Of a stretch of DNA of 64,000 nucleotides, positions 49,258-58,926 are shown piece after piece. Position numbers and translations under genes: made by a program. Each line of letters opens with the position of its first letter. Position 1 is the first letter of the stretch. This stretch comes from Pseudomonadota bacterium. Its GTDB lineage: Bacteria; Pseudomonadota; Alphaproteobacteria; Rickettsiales; RGZB01. The stretch lies in NCBI GenBank assembly GCA_010031735.1, contig RGZB01000002.1, positions 2,580-66,579 on the forward strand, written 5' to 3'. The notes under the pieces were generated by a model. That model was not told the origin of the DNA and searched no databases. It worked only from the letters and a program-made list of their open reading frames with translations.

Positions 49258-49722
49258 ATGGACGAGAAGCAGCGCAAGAAAGTCGAACTGGATGACGCGC
49301 TCCTGCCGCTTACGCAGGCGCTGTTTGATGGGCCGGTAGTCACGCTTGCTGAGCGTGCGGGGCATCATGAGTTCCGCACCAGTGTGGGGTCGGAGGAATT
49401 TGCCGAAGGGCTTCAAGCGCTTCGGGCGGACTTAGGCAAGCTCGTGCCGCTCGAAGGCATCGACTTGCTGCCGATCCCTGGGTTCGCCGTGGCGCCACAA
49501 GTGCATGCACAGGTGGCAAAATTGGTAGTGATCCTTTCCGGCGATGCGGCGCTTGCGGAAGCAAAGGATCTGCCCTTGCTGCCGGATGATATGAAGACCG
49601 ACGCCATCACCAAAGGTGCGGTGCATGAAGTAAAACGACTGACCGGTGAGATCGCCAAGCTCCTGAAAGGTGCTGGCAGGAACGCCGACGAATTAGAACC
49701 CTCACGATTCATTAATTTATAA
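49258..49722 (+). CDS. Hypothetical protein (ORFan, 154 aa) between sucA and sucB
   Basis: The ATG at 49258 lies 1 nt after the sucA TAA. The ORF-track start at 49240 overlaps sucA. No recognisable family. Confidence 0.5.
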   Translation: MDEKQRKKVELDDALLPLTQALFDGPVVTLAERAGHHEFRTSVGSEEFAEGLQALRADLGKLVPLEGIDLLPIPGFAVAPQVHAQVAKLVVILSGDAALAEAKDLPLLPDDMKTDAITKGAVHEVKRLTGEIAKLLKGAGRNADELEPSRFINL

Positions 49723-49756
49723 AGACAACACTTAAGGATTTAACAAGGAGAGTACC

Positions 49757-50956
49757 ATGGCAGCAGAAATCATCACCCCCCAACTCGGCGAATCCGTATC
49801 GGAAGCAACCGTGGCGAAATGGTTCAAGAAACAAGGCGAGTTCGTGAACAAAGACGACCTCCTCGTGGAACTTGAGACCGATAAAGTGACGCTCGAAGTG
49901 AACGCGATTTCCGCCGGCGTCTTAAAAGAAATCAAAGTGAAAGAAGGCGATACCGTATCGGTTGGCGCACTCCTTGGCATCATCGATGAATCCGCCAAAG
50001 GCGCCGCGCCGGCGAATGCAAATGCACCGAAACCGGCGGCGGCACCCGCTCCGGCTCCTGCTGCTGCAAAACCGGCGGCCTCCGCCCCGGCAGCGACCAC
50101 GCTCGGCGAAATCGCGCGTAGCGGTCCTGCGGCACGCAAACTCGCGGAAGAAACCGGTGTCAGCACCTCTGGTATCGCGGGTTCAGGTAAAGACGGCCGC
50201 ATCACCAAAGGCGATATCATCAATGCACAGAGTGGTGGTTCTGAAGTCGCTTCCGGCCCACGCGAAGAACGCGTGAAGATGACGAAACTGCGCCAGGTGA
50301 TCGCACGCCGTCTCAAAGAATCGCAAAACACGGCCGCGATCCTGACCACATTCAACGAAGTCGATATGACGAACGTGTTCGCGCTGCGTAACGAATACAA
50401 AGATGCCTTCGAGAAGAAGCATGGCACGAAACTCGGTTTCATGTCCTTCTTCGTGAAAGCGGCGGTGAATGCGCTCAAAGAGATCCCGGCGGTGAATGCG
50501 GAAATCGATGGCGATGAGATCGTGTATAAACACTTCTACGATATCGGTGTGGCTGTCGGTACGCCGCAAGGCCTCGTGGTACCGGTGGTGCGCGATGCGG
50601 ACCGTAAATCCTACGCGGAGATCGAGAAAGACATCGCGAACTACGGTAAAAAAGCCCGCGATGGCAAACTCACCATGCAAGAACTGACCGGCGGTACCTT
50701 CACCGTATCGAACGGGGGTGTCTACGGCTCGCTGATGTCGACCCCGATCGTGAACCCGCCGCAATCGGCGATCCTCGGTATGCATAAGACGCAGGAGCGC
50801 CCGATGGTGGTGAACGGCAAGATCGAGATCCGTCCGATGATGTATCTGGCGCTCTCTTACGATCATCGCATCATCGATGGCAAAGAGGCCGTAACCTTCC
50901 TGGTCCGCATCAAAGATGCGATCGAAGATCCACGCCGCCTGCTGCTGGATATGTAA
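49757..50956 (+). CDS. sucB: Dihydrolipoyllysine-residue succinyltransferase (E2 of 2-oxoglutarate dehydrogenase)
   Basis: 399-aa ORF. It has a lipoyl domain ([12 protein letters not shown]), an Ala/Pro linker, an E3-binding domain, and a catalytic C-terminus [15 protein letters not shown]. Confidence 0.96.
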   Translation: MAAEIITPQLGESVSEATVAKWFKKQGEFVNKDDLLVELETDKVTLEVNAISAGVLKEIKVKEGDTVSVGALLGIIDESAKGAAPANANAPKPAAAPAPAPAAAKPAASAPAATTLGEIARSGPAARKLAEETGVSTSGIAGSGKDGRITKGDIINAQSGGSEVASGPREERVKMTKLRQVIARRLKESQNTAAILTTFNEVDMTNVFALRNEYKDAFEKKHGTKLGFMSFFVKAAVNALKEIPAVNAEIDGDEIVYKHFYDIGVAVGTPQGLVVPVVRDADRKSYAEIEKDIANYGKKARDGKLTMQELTGGTFTVSNGGVYGSLMSTPIVNPPQSAILGMHKTQERPMVVNGKIEIRPMMYLALSYDHRIIDGKEAVTFLVRIKDAIEDPRRLLLDM

Positions 50957-50988
50957 TAAAACAAGTACAAGAATAACGGAGTCTAACA

Positions 50989-52401
50989 ATGGCTGAGCAA
51001 TTTGATGTAGTGGTAATCGGTGGTGGTCCGGGTGGGTATGTCGCAGCCATTCGTGCGGCACAACTAGGTCTTAAAACCGCGTGCGTAGAAAAACGCGGTG
51101 CACTGGGCGGCACGTGCCTGAACGTCGGTTGCATCCCGTCGAAAGCGCTGCTGCACTCTTCCGAAATCTACGAAGAAGTGAAAGAGCATGGCAAAGCGCA
51201 CGGTATCACCGCGACGGGTCTGAAGGTCGACGTGAAAACCATGCTGTCGCATAAAAACGACGTGGTGAAGAACTTGACCCAAGGTATCGAAGGCCTGTTC
51301 AAGAAGAACAAGGTGACCTACTACAAAGGCCACGGCATCATCCTCGGTAAAGGCGAAGTCGCCGTGAAACCGGTGGATGGCAAAGGTACGCCGGAATCGA
51401 TCAAAACCAAGAACGTGATCATCGCGACGGGTTCGGATGTGGTACATCTGCCGAACGTGCCGATCGATGAAAAGCGCATCGTCTCTTCCACCGGCGCGCT
51501 CGACCTTCCGGAAGTGCCGAAAAGCATGATCGTGATCGGTGCGGGGGTGATTGGCCTCGAGATGGGTTCCGTATGGCGTCGCTTGGGTGCGGAAGTGACC
51601 GTGGTCGAATTCATGGACCACATCACGCCAGGGCAGGATATGGAAGTCTCCCGCCAGTTCCAGAAGATCCTCGAGAAGCAAGGCATGAAATTCAAGTTAG
51701 CTACCAAAGTCACGGGCGCGAAATCGGATGGCAAATCCGTGACGCTCACGGCCGAGCCGAAAGACGGTGGTAAGGCAGAGACCCTGAAAGCCGATGTGGT
51801 GTTGGTGGCGATCGGTCGCAAGCCCTATACGGATAACTTAGGCCTCAAAGAGGCCGGTGTCGCGGTGGATGAACGCGGGCGCATCCAGGTGGACGCACAC
51901 TTCGAGACCAACGTGAAGGGCATCTACGCGATCGGCGACGTGATCCCGGGTCCGATGCTGGCGCATAAAGCGGAAGAAGACGGCGTTGCGTGTGCCGAGA
52001 TCATCGCGGGCCAGAAAGGCCACGTGAACTACAATCTCGTGCCGGGCGTGATCTATACCAATCCGGAAGTGGCGGCGATCGGCAAGACCGAAGAGGCGCT
52101 GAAGAAAGAAGGCCGTGCGTACAACGTCGGCAAATTTCCGTTCCTGGCGAACTCGCGCGCACGTGCGACGGGCAAGACCGATGGCTTCGTGAAGATCCTG
52201 GCCGATCAGAAAACGGATGAAGTGCTCGGCGTGCATATCATCGGTGCGCAAGCCGGCACGATCATCGCGGAAGTAGCGGTGGCGATGGAATTCAAAGCAA
52301 GTGCGGAAGATATCGCACGCACCTGCCATTCGCACCCAGACTTAAACGAGGCGGTGAAAGAAGCCGCGCTCGCCGTCGCGAAACGTCCGATCCATATCTA
52401 G
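50989..52401 (+). CDS. lpdA: Dihydrolipoyl dehydrogenase (E3)
   Basis: 470-aa [24 protein letters not shown], redox-active [13 protein letters not shown], and C-terminal HSHPDLNEA. Confidence 0.96.
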   Translation: MAEQFDVVVIGGGPGGYVAAIRAAQLGLKTACVEKRGALGGTCLNVGCIPSKALLHSSEIYEEVKEHGKAHGITATGLKVDVKTMLSHKNDVVKNLTQGIEGLFKKNKVTYYKGHGIILGKGEVAVKPVDGKGTPESIKTKNVIIATGSDVVHLPNVPIDEKRIVSSTGALDLPEVPKSMIVIGAGVIGLEMGSVWRRLGAEVTVVEFMDHITPGQDMEVSRQFQKILEKQGMKFKLATKVTGAKSDGKSVTLTAEPKDGGKAETLKADVVLVAIGRKPYTDNLGLKEAGVAVDERGRIQVDAHFETNVKGIYAIGDVIPGPMLAHKAEEDGVACAEIIAGQKGHVNYNLVPGVIYTNPEVAAIGKTEEALKKEGRAYNVGKFPFLANSRARATGKTDGFVKILADQKTDEVLGVHIIGAQAGTIIAEVAVAMEFKASAEDIARTCHSHPDLNEAVKEAALAVAKRPIHI

Positions 52402-52410
52402 TTAAGCCTA

Positions 52411-53328
52411 TCAGAAAGGATTATAGAACGGCTCGCGGCATAAGCGGCGCAAGGTATAACGCCCCAATTTTAAGGTCATATAGACCTTGAGATAGAGTGG
52501 GCCGTGCAAGAAGAAATAGCCGTACATCCGTAGTATATCACAGTAGGTAATGTTCTCTACAGGGATATAGCGATACAGCTTGATGTAGGCGAGTATCATA
52601 CGGTCATCGAGTTCCTTGCCGAAGAAGGATTTGAATCCATGCCGGAAGGATTGCACTTCGTTCATGACAGAAACGCTGTGGGTGCGTGATTTCGCATGCA
52701 CGCGGTATTTTACCAATGCGACAGGAAGATTATCCATGATCGCACCCTTCTCAAAACACAGCATGCGGAAATGAAAATCCTCCACCTTCTTGAGGTTCGG
52801 GAAGCGTAGATTATGGCGTTCTAAGAACGCCCTGCGATACATACAGGTAGCATGGTAGAAGCAGCCCTTGAAATAAATCCAGCGGGCAATGTTCTTCGTG
52901 CCGACGATGGCCACTCCGAGACCGCTGCTATTGCCGAAATGTTCCGTAAATGTACCGAGCACATCGAGCTCAGGGTGATTTTCCATATGGCCGACTTGCA
53001 TCGCAAGACGTTCAGGTAATGCAATATCGTCTGCATCGAGAAAAGCCAGGTATTTACCCTCCGCGATATCCATGCCGCGGTTGCGCGCCGCACCGGGCCC
53101 TGTGTTCTCCGGCTGTCGCAGGATTTGGATCCGCGGATCCTTTAATGTCGCGAGATACGCATGCGAACCGTCCGTGGAACAGTCATCCACGATGATCAGC
53201 TTCCAGTTGGTGTAGGTTTGCGCAAGGATGCTTTCCACAGCCTCCGGCAGGTAAGGCATCGCATTGTACGTAGGTAGGATGACCGTTACGAGGGGTGCAG
53301 ATCCCGGGGTTGTAGTGCTATTCGGCAT
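52411..53328 (-). CDS. Family 2 glycosyltransferase
   Basis: 305-aa ORF. VTVILPTYNAMPYLPEAVESILAQTY.NWKLIIVDDCSTDGS...FLDADD is the GT-A/GT2 signature. It overlaps the yejF end by 11 nt. Confidence 0.85.
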   Translation of the reverse strand: MPNSTTTPGSAPLVTVILPTYNAMPYLPEAVESILAQTYTNWKLIIVDDCSTDGSHAYLATLKDPRIQILRQPENTGPGAARNRGMDIAEGKYLAFLDADDIALPERLAMQVGHMENHPELDVLGTFTEHFGNSSGLGVAIVGTKNIARWIYFKGCFYHATCMYRRAFLERHNLRFPNLKKVEDFHFRMLCFEKGAIMDNLPVALVKYRVHAKSRTHSVSVMNEVQSFRHGFKSFFGKELDDRMILAYIKLYRYIPVENITYCDILRMYGYFFLHGPLYLKVYMTLKLGRYTLRRLCREPFYNPF

Positions 53329-54937
53329 CGATCAATGCGCTCTCGATGAGGCGTTTCGTGTAATCGGTTTTGGGTTTTGAGAATATCTGCGAATTGGTAC
53401 CGCTCTCCACAATCTTCCCTTCCTTCATCACGACGATATCATGTGCGATGGAGCGAATCACACGCAGGTCATGCGAGATGAAGATATACGAAAGCTTACG
53501 CTGCTTTTGTAGGGCCTTCAGCAGTTCGAGGATATCCGATTGTGTCGAGAGATCGAGTGCGCTCGTGGGTTCATCGAGCACGAGCAGGCTGGGATTGAGC
53601 ACCAACGCACGTGCAATAGCGATACGTTGGCGCTGGCCGCCCGAGAATTCATGCGGATAACGATGCTTAAGGCCGCCATCGAGCCCTACTTCTTTCAGGG
53701 CCGCGATGACCGTCTTTTCGATGGATTCGGGTGTAAGGTCTGCTTGGTGTGCACGAAGCCCTTCTGCCACAGTGTCGCGCACGGTGAGGCGTGGATTCAA
53801 ACTCGCGAACGGATCCTGGAATACGATCTGCATGCGGCTTCGAAGCGTCCGAAGTGCATCGCCATTCACACCCCGGAGATCTGTGCCCTCGAATTGGATC
53901 GAGCCCGTTGATTCCGTAAGACGAAGGACTGCATGCGCGAGCGTCGATTTTCCAGAACCCGACTCACCGACGATGCCCAGTGTACGTCCGGTTTTGAGCG
54001 TGAGCGTCACATCATTCACGGCGTCTAAGTGGCGCGTCGTCATACCAAAGAAATTCTTGGCGAGCGGGAAGCGCACCGTCAAGTGTGTGACTTCTGCGAT
54101 CGGGGCGCTGCTGCCTTTCATCATGACCGGCTTACCGTGCGGTGCGGACTCTAACAGGTGTTTGGTGTAGGGATGTTTGGGTTTCCTGAATACCTCCGCG
54201 ACCGCGCCGCTTTCAACGAGCACGCCTTTTTGCATAATGGCGACACGATCCGCCATCCGGCGAACCAGGGTCAGATCATGCGTAATCAGGAGTACGCCCA
54301 TACCCAGACTCTTCTGCAGATCTTTGAGTAAGGTGAGTATCTGTGCTTGTACTGTGACATCGAGCGCGGTGGTCGGTTCATCCGCGATCAAGATATCGGG
54401 TTTATTCGCAAGCGCCATCGCGATGCAAATGCGTTGGCGCTGGCCGCCCGAGAGTTCATGCGGATACGCCTTCAGGCGGCTCTCGAGTGCTTCGAGCCCG
54501 ACCATCGTCAATAGTTCGCTGGTGCGCTTCTTCAGTGCATCCGGCCAGAGGGCCTGGTGCAGCAAAATCGCTTCGTGTATCTGTTTCTCGATCGTATGCA
54601 GCGGGTTTAACGCGGACATCGGCTCTTGGAAGACCATGCTGATCTGTTTACCGCGAATGGCCTGCAGGCCGACATCGCTCCTGAGCGAAATATCCTGACC
54701 ACGGAACAAGGTATTTCCTTTGACCAGCCGCGCATTGGCGGGCAGCAGTTTCAACACCGAAAGCGCAGTGACCGTCTTGCCGGAGCCCGATTCGCCCACC
54801 AGGGCAACGAGCTCCCCGCGCCCGATCTGCAGCGAAAGGTTCTGGACGACGGGTTGGTCGTAGGCATTGCCATCCGCATCCACGTTACGGAAGCTGACCG
54901 AGAGGTCCTTGATCTCAAGTAAATGTGCCGAGCGCAT
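53318..54937 (-). CDS. yejF: Peptide/microcin-C-type ABC transporter, fused double ATPase (YejF-like)
   Basis: 539-aa ORF with two ABC cassettes. Walker A is GESGSGKT and GESGSGKS, the signature is LSGGQRQR and FSGGQRQR, and Walker B is ILIADEPTTALD and LLVLDEPTSALD. Confidence 0.82.
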   Translation of the reverse strand: MRSAHLLEIKDLSVSFRNVDADGNAYDQPVVQNLSLQIGRGELVALVGESGSGKTVTALSVLKLLPANARLVKGNTLFRGQDISLRSDVGLQAIRGKQISMVFQEPMSALNPLHTIEKQIHEAILLHQALWPDALKKRTSELLTMVGLEALESRLKAYPHELSGGQRQRICIAMALANKPDILIADEPTTALDVTVQAQILTLLKDLQKSLGMGVLLITHDLTLVRRMADRVAIMQKGVLVESGAVAEVFRKPKHPYTKHLLESAPHGKPVMMKGSSAPIAEVTHLTVRFPLAKNFFGMTTRHLDAVNDVTLTLKTGRTLGIVGESGSGKSTLAHAVLRLTESTGSIQFEGTDLRGVNGDALRTLRSRMQIVFQDPFASLNPRLTVRDTVAEGLRAHQADLTPESIEKTVIAALKEVGLDGGLKHRYPHEFSGGQRQRIAIARALVLNPSLLVLDEPTSALDLSTQSDILELLKALQKQRKLSYIFISHDLRVIRSIAHDIVVMKEGKIVESGTNSQIFSKPKTDYTKRLIESALIDAE

Positions 54938-55145
54938 AAGCGGTTACTATGTCGCGGTTTGAACGAATAATCAACCGTGAATCACACCCTTGTAAAAGCA
55001 GAAAATCCTGCTTTTCTGGCCTTTTAAGCGGCCTGGGGCGGGTTGATACCCAGTATAGACTTGCAAGATAGGATAAGTTGGGCTATAAGCAGCGCTCTTT
55101 CAAGCCCTTTCCGCGTCCGGAGAGCCCTTGAACTGTCCCTTTCGG

Positions 55146-55221
55146 GAGCGCGTAGCTCAGTCGGTAGAGCACCTGACTTTTAATCAGGTTGTCGTTGGTT
55201 CGATTCCAACCGCGCTCACCA
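55146..55221 (+). tRNA. tRNA-Lys (anticodon UUU), CCA encoded
   Basis: GAGCGCG-TA-GCTC-AGTCGGTA-GAGC-A-CCTGA-CTTTTAA-TCAGG-TTGTC-GTTGG-TTCGATT-CCAAC-CGCGCTC-A-CCA. All four stems pair, and the anticodon is TTT. Confidence 0.94.
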
Positions 55222-55326
55222 CTTTTCCCTCGAACACCCTCCGGAATCGTACCAACCAACGCTGGCTCTGTTTTGTGCATAAGGAATGATGCGGCTTTTG
55301 ACACACCCAAAGGTTGAAACCCAGAA

Positions 55327-55341
55327 TTAACCAAATTTTAA
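55327..55341. promoter_or_regulatory. Perfect TTAA-N7-TTAA (CtrA-type) box
   Basis: TTAACCAAATTTTAA(C). It lies 48 nt upstream of the GTG at 55390 (57 nt from the ATG at 55399). Confidence 0.55.
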
Positions 55342-55389
55342 CATTTAAGTGCTACGTTAGCTGGGATTATTGTGCAGCATTAAGCTAAT

Positions 55390-56577
55390 GTGGGAACCAT
55401 GAGCATCGATCAAAAAGAATCCGTAGAAAAAGAAGAACTGGTTGTCGGTACCATCGATCTGGTGCTGGCAGATATCATCATCGATCTGGCAGCACTAGAG
55501 CCGGAAAAGGCTGCAGAGCTGCAAGCGCTCGTAGGGAGATTTACGCATAAGCGCGGTGATAAAGTCAGGGTCGAAAAAGATATATTTGAAGAGGTTTTGG
55601 TGCCGGCCATCGACAATGTGCCGGTCTCCATCACACCGGGTGGATCGTCCGCAAACGCACTCAGTACGGCGAATCTTTTAATGGCAAACAACAACCTTAG
55701 CACCCATTATCTCGGATTCATATCGCCGGGTGGCCTATACAGCAGCATGATCGCGCGGGGTTTCAGGGAGGCGAGGATCGAGCTCTTCCCCAAAATGCCT
55801 GCGCCGGCAGGGATCGAGACAGCGGTATCCTTCGTGTTCGTCTATCCGGATCGTCAGCGCAATATCATCACCTACCCAGGGAATGCCGATCAATTCATGA
55901 CTCCGGAGATGGTAACGGAAGCATTCATGGACGGCTGCGATACCTTCTTCATGCAAGGCTCGGCATGGAAGAAATTCGATCATCGTGTCGCAGACAAAAT
56001 GTACCACATGGCAGTCGAGAGGGGCAAGGACATCACGCTTGCACTTCCGACCAACGCCTTCAGTCCCGAAGAAAAAGATACGAGAGCACGCGTGCTCTTC
56101 GATGAAGCGCTGCACACCGCAAGGTTTGTGGTCGGGAATGAAGATGAGGTCCGCCGTATGTTCAAACTCAATGCCACACTCGGGATCGGCCAGGCAGCCA
56201 AGGAGCTGCAGCGCCAATTCAGAGAGCAACGGGATGCAACCGGTATCGAACGCGAAGCGATGATCACCTCCGGTTCACGCGGTGCGATGATCATCACCGC
56301 AGACCGGCTTGAGCACGTAAAAGCGGTTAAGCTCTCCAGTGAAGATCTGAAGAAGGGCAGCACACTCGGGGCAGGGGATGCTACGATCGGCTTCCGGCTC
56401 GCCGCGCATTTTGCCGGCATGGAATCCAGGGCCGCTACGGAATTCGCCATGAAAGGCGGTGCCGAATGCTGCAAAGTGCTGGGTGCGCGGATACCGAACC
56501 CCCGGGAACGCCTGAAAACGCTTCTGCCGTCTGCGGCAGAAGGGCTGACGCTCGCCGCTGGCGGTCGTGGCCGCTAA
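55390..56577 (+). CDS. PfkB-family carbohydrate/nucleoside kinase-like protein
   Basis: 395-aa ORF (GTG at 55390 or ATG at 55399). It has an N-terminal GGSSANAL and the C-terminal PfkB signature GSTLGAGDATIGF. It is longer and more divergent than typical ribokinase or adenosine kinase. Confidence 0.72.
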   Translation: MGTMSIDQKESVEKEELVVGTIDLVLADIIIDLAALEPEKAAELQALVGRFTHKRGDKVRVEKDIFEEVLVPAIDNVPVSITPGGSSANALSTANLLMANNNLSTHYLGFISPGGLYSSMIARGFREARIELFPKMPAPAGIETAVSFVFVYPDRQRNIITYPGNADQFMTPEMVTEAFMDGCDTFFMQGSAWKKFDHRVADKMYHMAVERGKDITLALPTNAFSPEEKDTRARVLFDEALHTARFVVGNEDEVRRMFKLNATLGIGQAAKELQRQFREQRDATGIEREAMITSGSRGAMIITADRLEHVKAVKLSSEDLKKGSTLGAGDATIGFRLAAHFAGMESRAATEFAMKGGAECCKVLGARIPNPRERLKTLLPSAAEGLTLAAGGRGR

Positions 56578-56621
56578 GAAATCACCTGACAGCCTAGCCC
56601 CAAGCCTGCTATAAGCAGGAC

Positions 56622-57353
56622 ATGGCACACAAGCAGAACACCACACGTAAGGCAGCACTCGTAACAGGCGCAGGCAAGCGTATGGGCAGTGCTATCGCGC
56701 GCATGCTCGCCGAAGAAGGTTACGATATCGCACTCCATTGCCATACCAGCATGAAAGAAGCGAAGGCAACGGCAGACGCGATCCGCAAATGCGGGGTGCG
56801 TTGCGAGGTGTTTACCGCCGATCTGCGCAAAGGGGGCTATCAGACACTCATGCAAAAGGTCTTCAAAACCTTCCCGAACCTTACGCTTCTGATTAACAAT
56901 GCGTCGCTTTTCGAACGCAAAGCGTTTATGGAGACTACAGAGGCGGATTACGATGCCAATATGGCAGTCCACCTAAAGGCGCCACTCTTCCTGACACAAG
57001 AATTTTCCAGGAAGGTTAAAAAAGGCCAGGTGCTTAACATTGTGGATACTTACGTCACCAAAACGACGCCGGCGTATTTCGCCTACCTGCTCTCCAAGAA
57101 AGCACTCTATGAATTCACGCGGATGGCGGCGCGCGCACTCTCCCCGAACATCCGGGTGAACGCGGTGGCGCCGGGTACGACCCTGCAATCGAAGGATATG
57201 AGCGCACAGCACCGGAAGAAGAAAGAAGCCACGCTACCGATGGCGGCACTCATAGAATTTAACGATGTGGTTGAGGCAGTGAGATTTATCATCAACCAGC
57301 CCAAAATCACCGGTGAATGCCTCTTCGTCGATAGCGGCGAACAATTACTATAG
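56622..57353 (+). CDS. SDR-family oxidoreductase (pteridine-reductase/FolM-like context)
   Basis: 243-aa ORF. ALVTGAGKRMGSAIARMLAEEGY, NNAS and Y..SK are SDR motifs. It lies directly upstream of folB. Confidence 0.84.
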   Translation: MAHKQNTTRKAALVTGAGKRMGSAIARMLAEEGYDIALHCHTSMKEAKATADAIRKCGVRCEVFTADLRKGGYQTLMQKVFKTFPNLTLLINNASLFERKAFMETTEADYDANMAVHLKAPLFLTQEFSRKVKKGQVLNIVDTYVTKTTPAYFAYLLSKKALYEFTRMAARALSPNIRVNAVAPGTTLQSKDMSAQHRKKKEATLPMAALIEFNDVVEAVRFIINQPKITGECLFVDSGEQLL

Positions 57354-57361
57354 GAGCGTAT

Positions 57362-57715
57362 ATGATCATTACCCTGAAAGGCATCAAGACCTCTGCCATC
57401 ATCGGCTTCTGGGAGTCCGAACGCCACGCGAAACAGCGTCTGATCATCCATATATCCTTTGAGGTGGATGAAAAAATGGCGGTGGCGAAAGATAACGTCG
57501 ACCATTCGGTCGATTATGCGAAACTCGAAGCGGAGATACTCGAAAAAGTGCCGAACACCACCTTCAATCTGCTCGAGAAGATGAACCAGTTCGTCACCGA
57601 CATCGTGATGAGCCGCCCGGCAGTCCAATGGGCAGAGGTGGAAGTGGTGAAGCCGGACGCGCCGCTGCAGGCAACGGACAGTGTCTCCGTGAAGCAGCGT
57701 ACGGTGCGTAAATAA
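57362..57715 (+). CDS. folB: Dihydroneopterin aldolase
   Basis: 117-aa ORF. IGFWESERHAKQRLIIHISFEVD...D.VDHSVDYAKL....LEKV....FNLLE is the FolB-like pattern. Confidence 0.78.
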   Translation: MIITLKGIKTSAIIGFWESERHAKQRLIIHISFEVDEKMAVAKDNVDHSVDYAKLEAEILEKVPNTTFNLLEKMNQFVTDIVMSRPAVQWAEVEVVKPDAPLQATDSVSVKQRTVRK

Positions 57716-57743
57716 TTTTATATCAGGATTTTAAACCGAAGGG

Positions 57744-58247
57744 TTAATAAGGCGAGCGGCCTTCTTGCGTCTTGCCTTGCAGCACGAGTTCCGGGTGCTG
57801 GGTCTCGCCGATTTTCTGTGCCACCTGTTTGATGACCTTGAGCGCCGTCGGGCCTGGATCCTTGATGCCAGCGGCGGTGGCGATGGCTTTGGCCTCGTTA
57901 TCATCGATCTTGCCGTCATTGGTGATGGCATTATCAATAGCGCCCGCAGCGAAGAGCTGCAGTTTCGATTCTAAACTCAGTTCTTCTTCCGGCTCGTCTT
58001 TTTCCTTCTCCGGCGCAAAACGCTCGGTGAGGGCGGCCTCTAAGGCCTTGATCTGTTCCGGTGTCAGCTGGTCGAGGAAAGACTGTACATCGTCCTGCAT
58101 CACCGGGCCTGCCGGCACCTTCGCGGTGAGCGTGATATCCGGCTCACTTCCTTTGCCGGCATCGACTTCTGTTTTTTTATCTTCTGCTGTGCCGCTGAAC
58201 ATCGCAAGGCCCAGTGTCAGATTCTTAAATATGTCGAAAAATGCCAT
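57744..58247 (-). CDS. Hypothetical acidic protein (167 aa, ORFan)
   Basis: The ATG at 58247 is preceded by AGGGGGAA at 4 nt. The N-terminus is MAFFDIFKNLTLGLAMF. The rest is helical, acidic and E/K-rich. No recognisable family. Confidence 0.55.
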   Translation of the reverse strand: MAFFDIFKNLTLGLAMFSGTAEDKKTEVDAGKGSEPDITLTAKVPAGPVMQDDVQSFLDQLTPEQIKALEAALTERFAPEKEKDEPEEELSLESKLQLFAAGAIDNAITNDGKIDDNEAKAIATAAGIKDPGPTALKVIKQVAQKIGETQHPELVLQGKTQEGRSPY

Positions 58248-58257
58248 AATTCCCCCT

Positions 58258-58457
58258 CTAGAATTTCAATACGGCGCCGATATCTTTTGCTACACCACCG
58301 AATACTTTGTTTGCGGTTTCGACACCGCTCGTATCTTTTACGCCGCCCTCTTTGAGCGCTTTACTGTCTTTAAACACCTCGCTTGGGGTGATGTCGCCGT
58401 GGGTGCCGCTTAAGACGCCTTCCAGCAAGCCACCGCCTGCGCCTTCGGAACCGTGTT
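58258..58457 (-). other. Coding-looking stretch with no ATG start (possible frameshifted continuation of the upstream ORF, or a TTG/GTG-initiated small ORF)
   Basis: My translation of the minus strand in the -1 frame relative to 58458-58844 gives ...GKGKEEEKSSHKGGVEHGSEGAGGGLLEGVLSGTHGDITPSEVFKDSKALKEGGVKDTSGVETANKVFGGVAKDIGAVLKF*. The stop (TAG, 58258-58260) is immediately followed by the SD of the next gene. Confidence 0.3.
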
Positions 58458-58844
58458 CTACGCCGCCTTTATGGCTACTTTTTTCTTCTTCTTTGCCCTT
58501 GCCGTGTTTTTGTCGCCGTGATGGCGCGCTTCCACACGCTCTGCCGCGGATTTGATATGGTCATAGGTCTTCGGTTTGATGTTGGCATCACCGCCGACGC
58601 GGGCTGCAATGGCCGCGATATCGGACGGGGAAAGATTGTCGTCTTCTGCGAGGGAGGCGATCAGGTCATCGAGCTGTTCTACTTTTTCATCGAGCTCCGG
58701 GTTATCCTCGCCGAGTTCGCCAGCTTCGAGCTGTGTATCCGCATCCGGTGCGATGGCATCGATCTCTTTGAGCGTCTCGATGACCGCTTCTTTGGTATCC
58801 GGATTTGCTTCTATCGCTTCTACAATTTGATCGACATCTGCCAC
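58458..58844 (-). CDS. Hypothetical acidic protein (128 aa, ORFan)
   Basis: The GTG at 58844 is preceded by AAGAGG at 7 nt. The body is very acidic and the C-terminus is basic (ARAKKKKKVAIKAA). The ORF ends just after an A6 tract. Confidence 0.55.
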   Translation of the reverse strand: MADVDQIVEAIEANPDTKEAVIETLKEIDAIAPDADTQLEAGELGEDNPELDEKVEQLDDLIASLAEDDNLSPSDIAAIAARVGGDANIKPKTYDHIKSAAERVEARHHGDKNTARAKKKKKVAIKAA

Positions 58845-58886
58845 GAGGCACCTCTTTCGTTACCCTATTAATCTAGCACACATATA

Positions 58887-58901
58887 TTAACAAATGGTTA
58901 C
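58887..58901. promoter_or_regulatory. One-mismatch CtrA-type box (TTAA-N7-TTAC)
   Basis: TTAACAAATGGTTAC. It lies 42 nt upstream of the minus-strand GTG at 58844. In gene orientation it reads GTAA-N7-TTAA. Confidence 0.3.
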
Positions 58902-58926
58902 AATGCGCCTAAAAATAACCGTTTTA

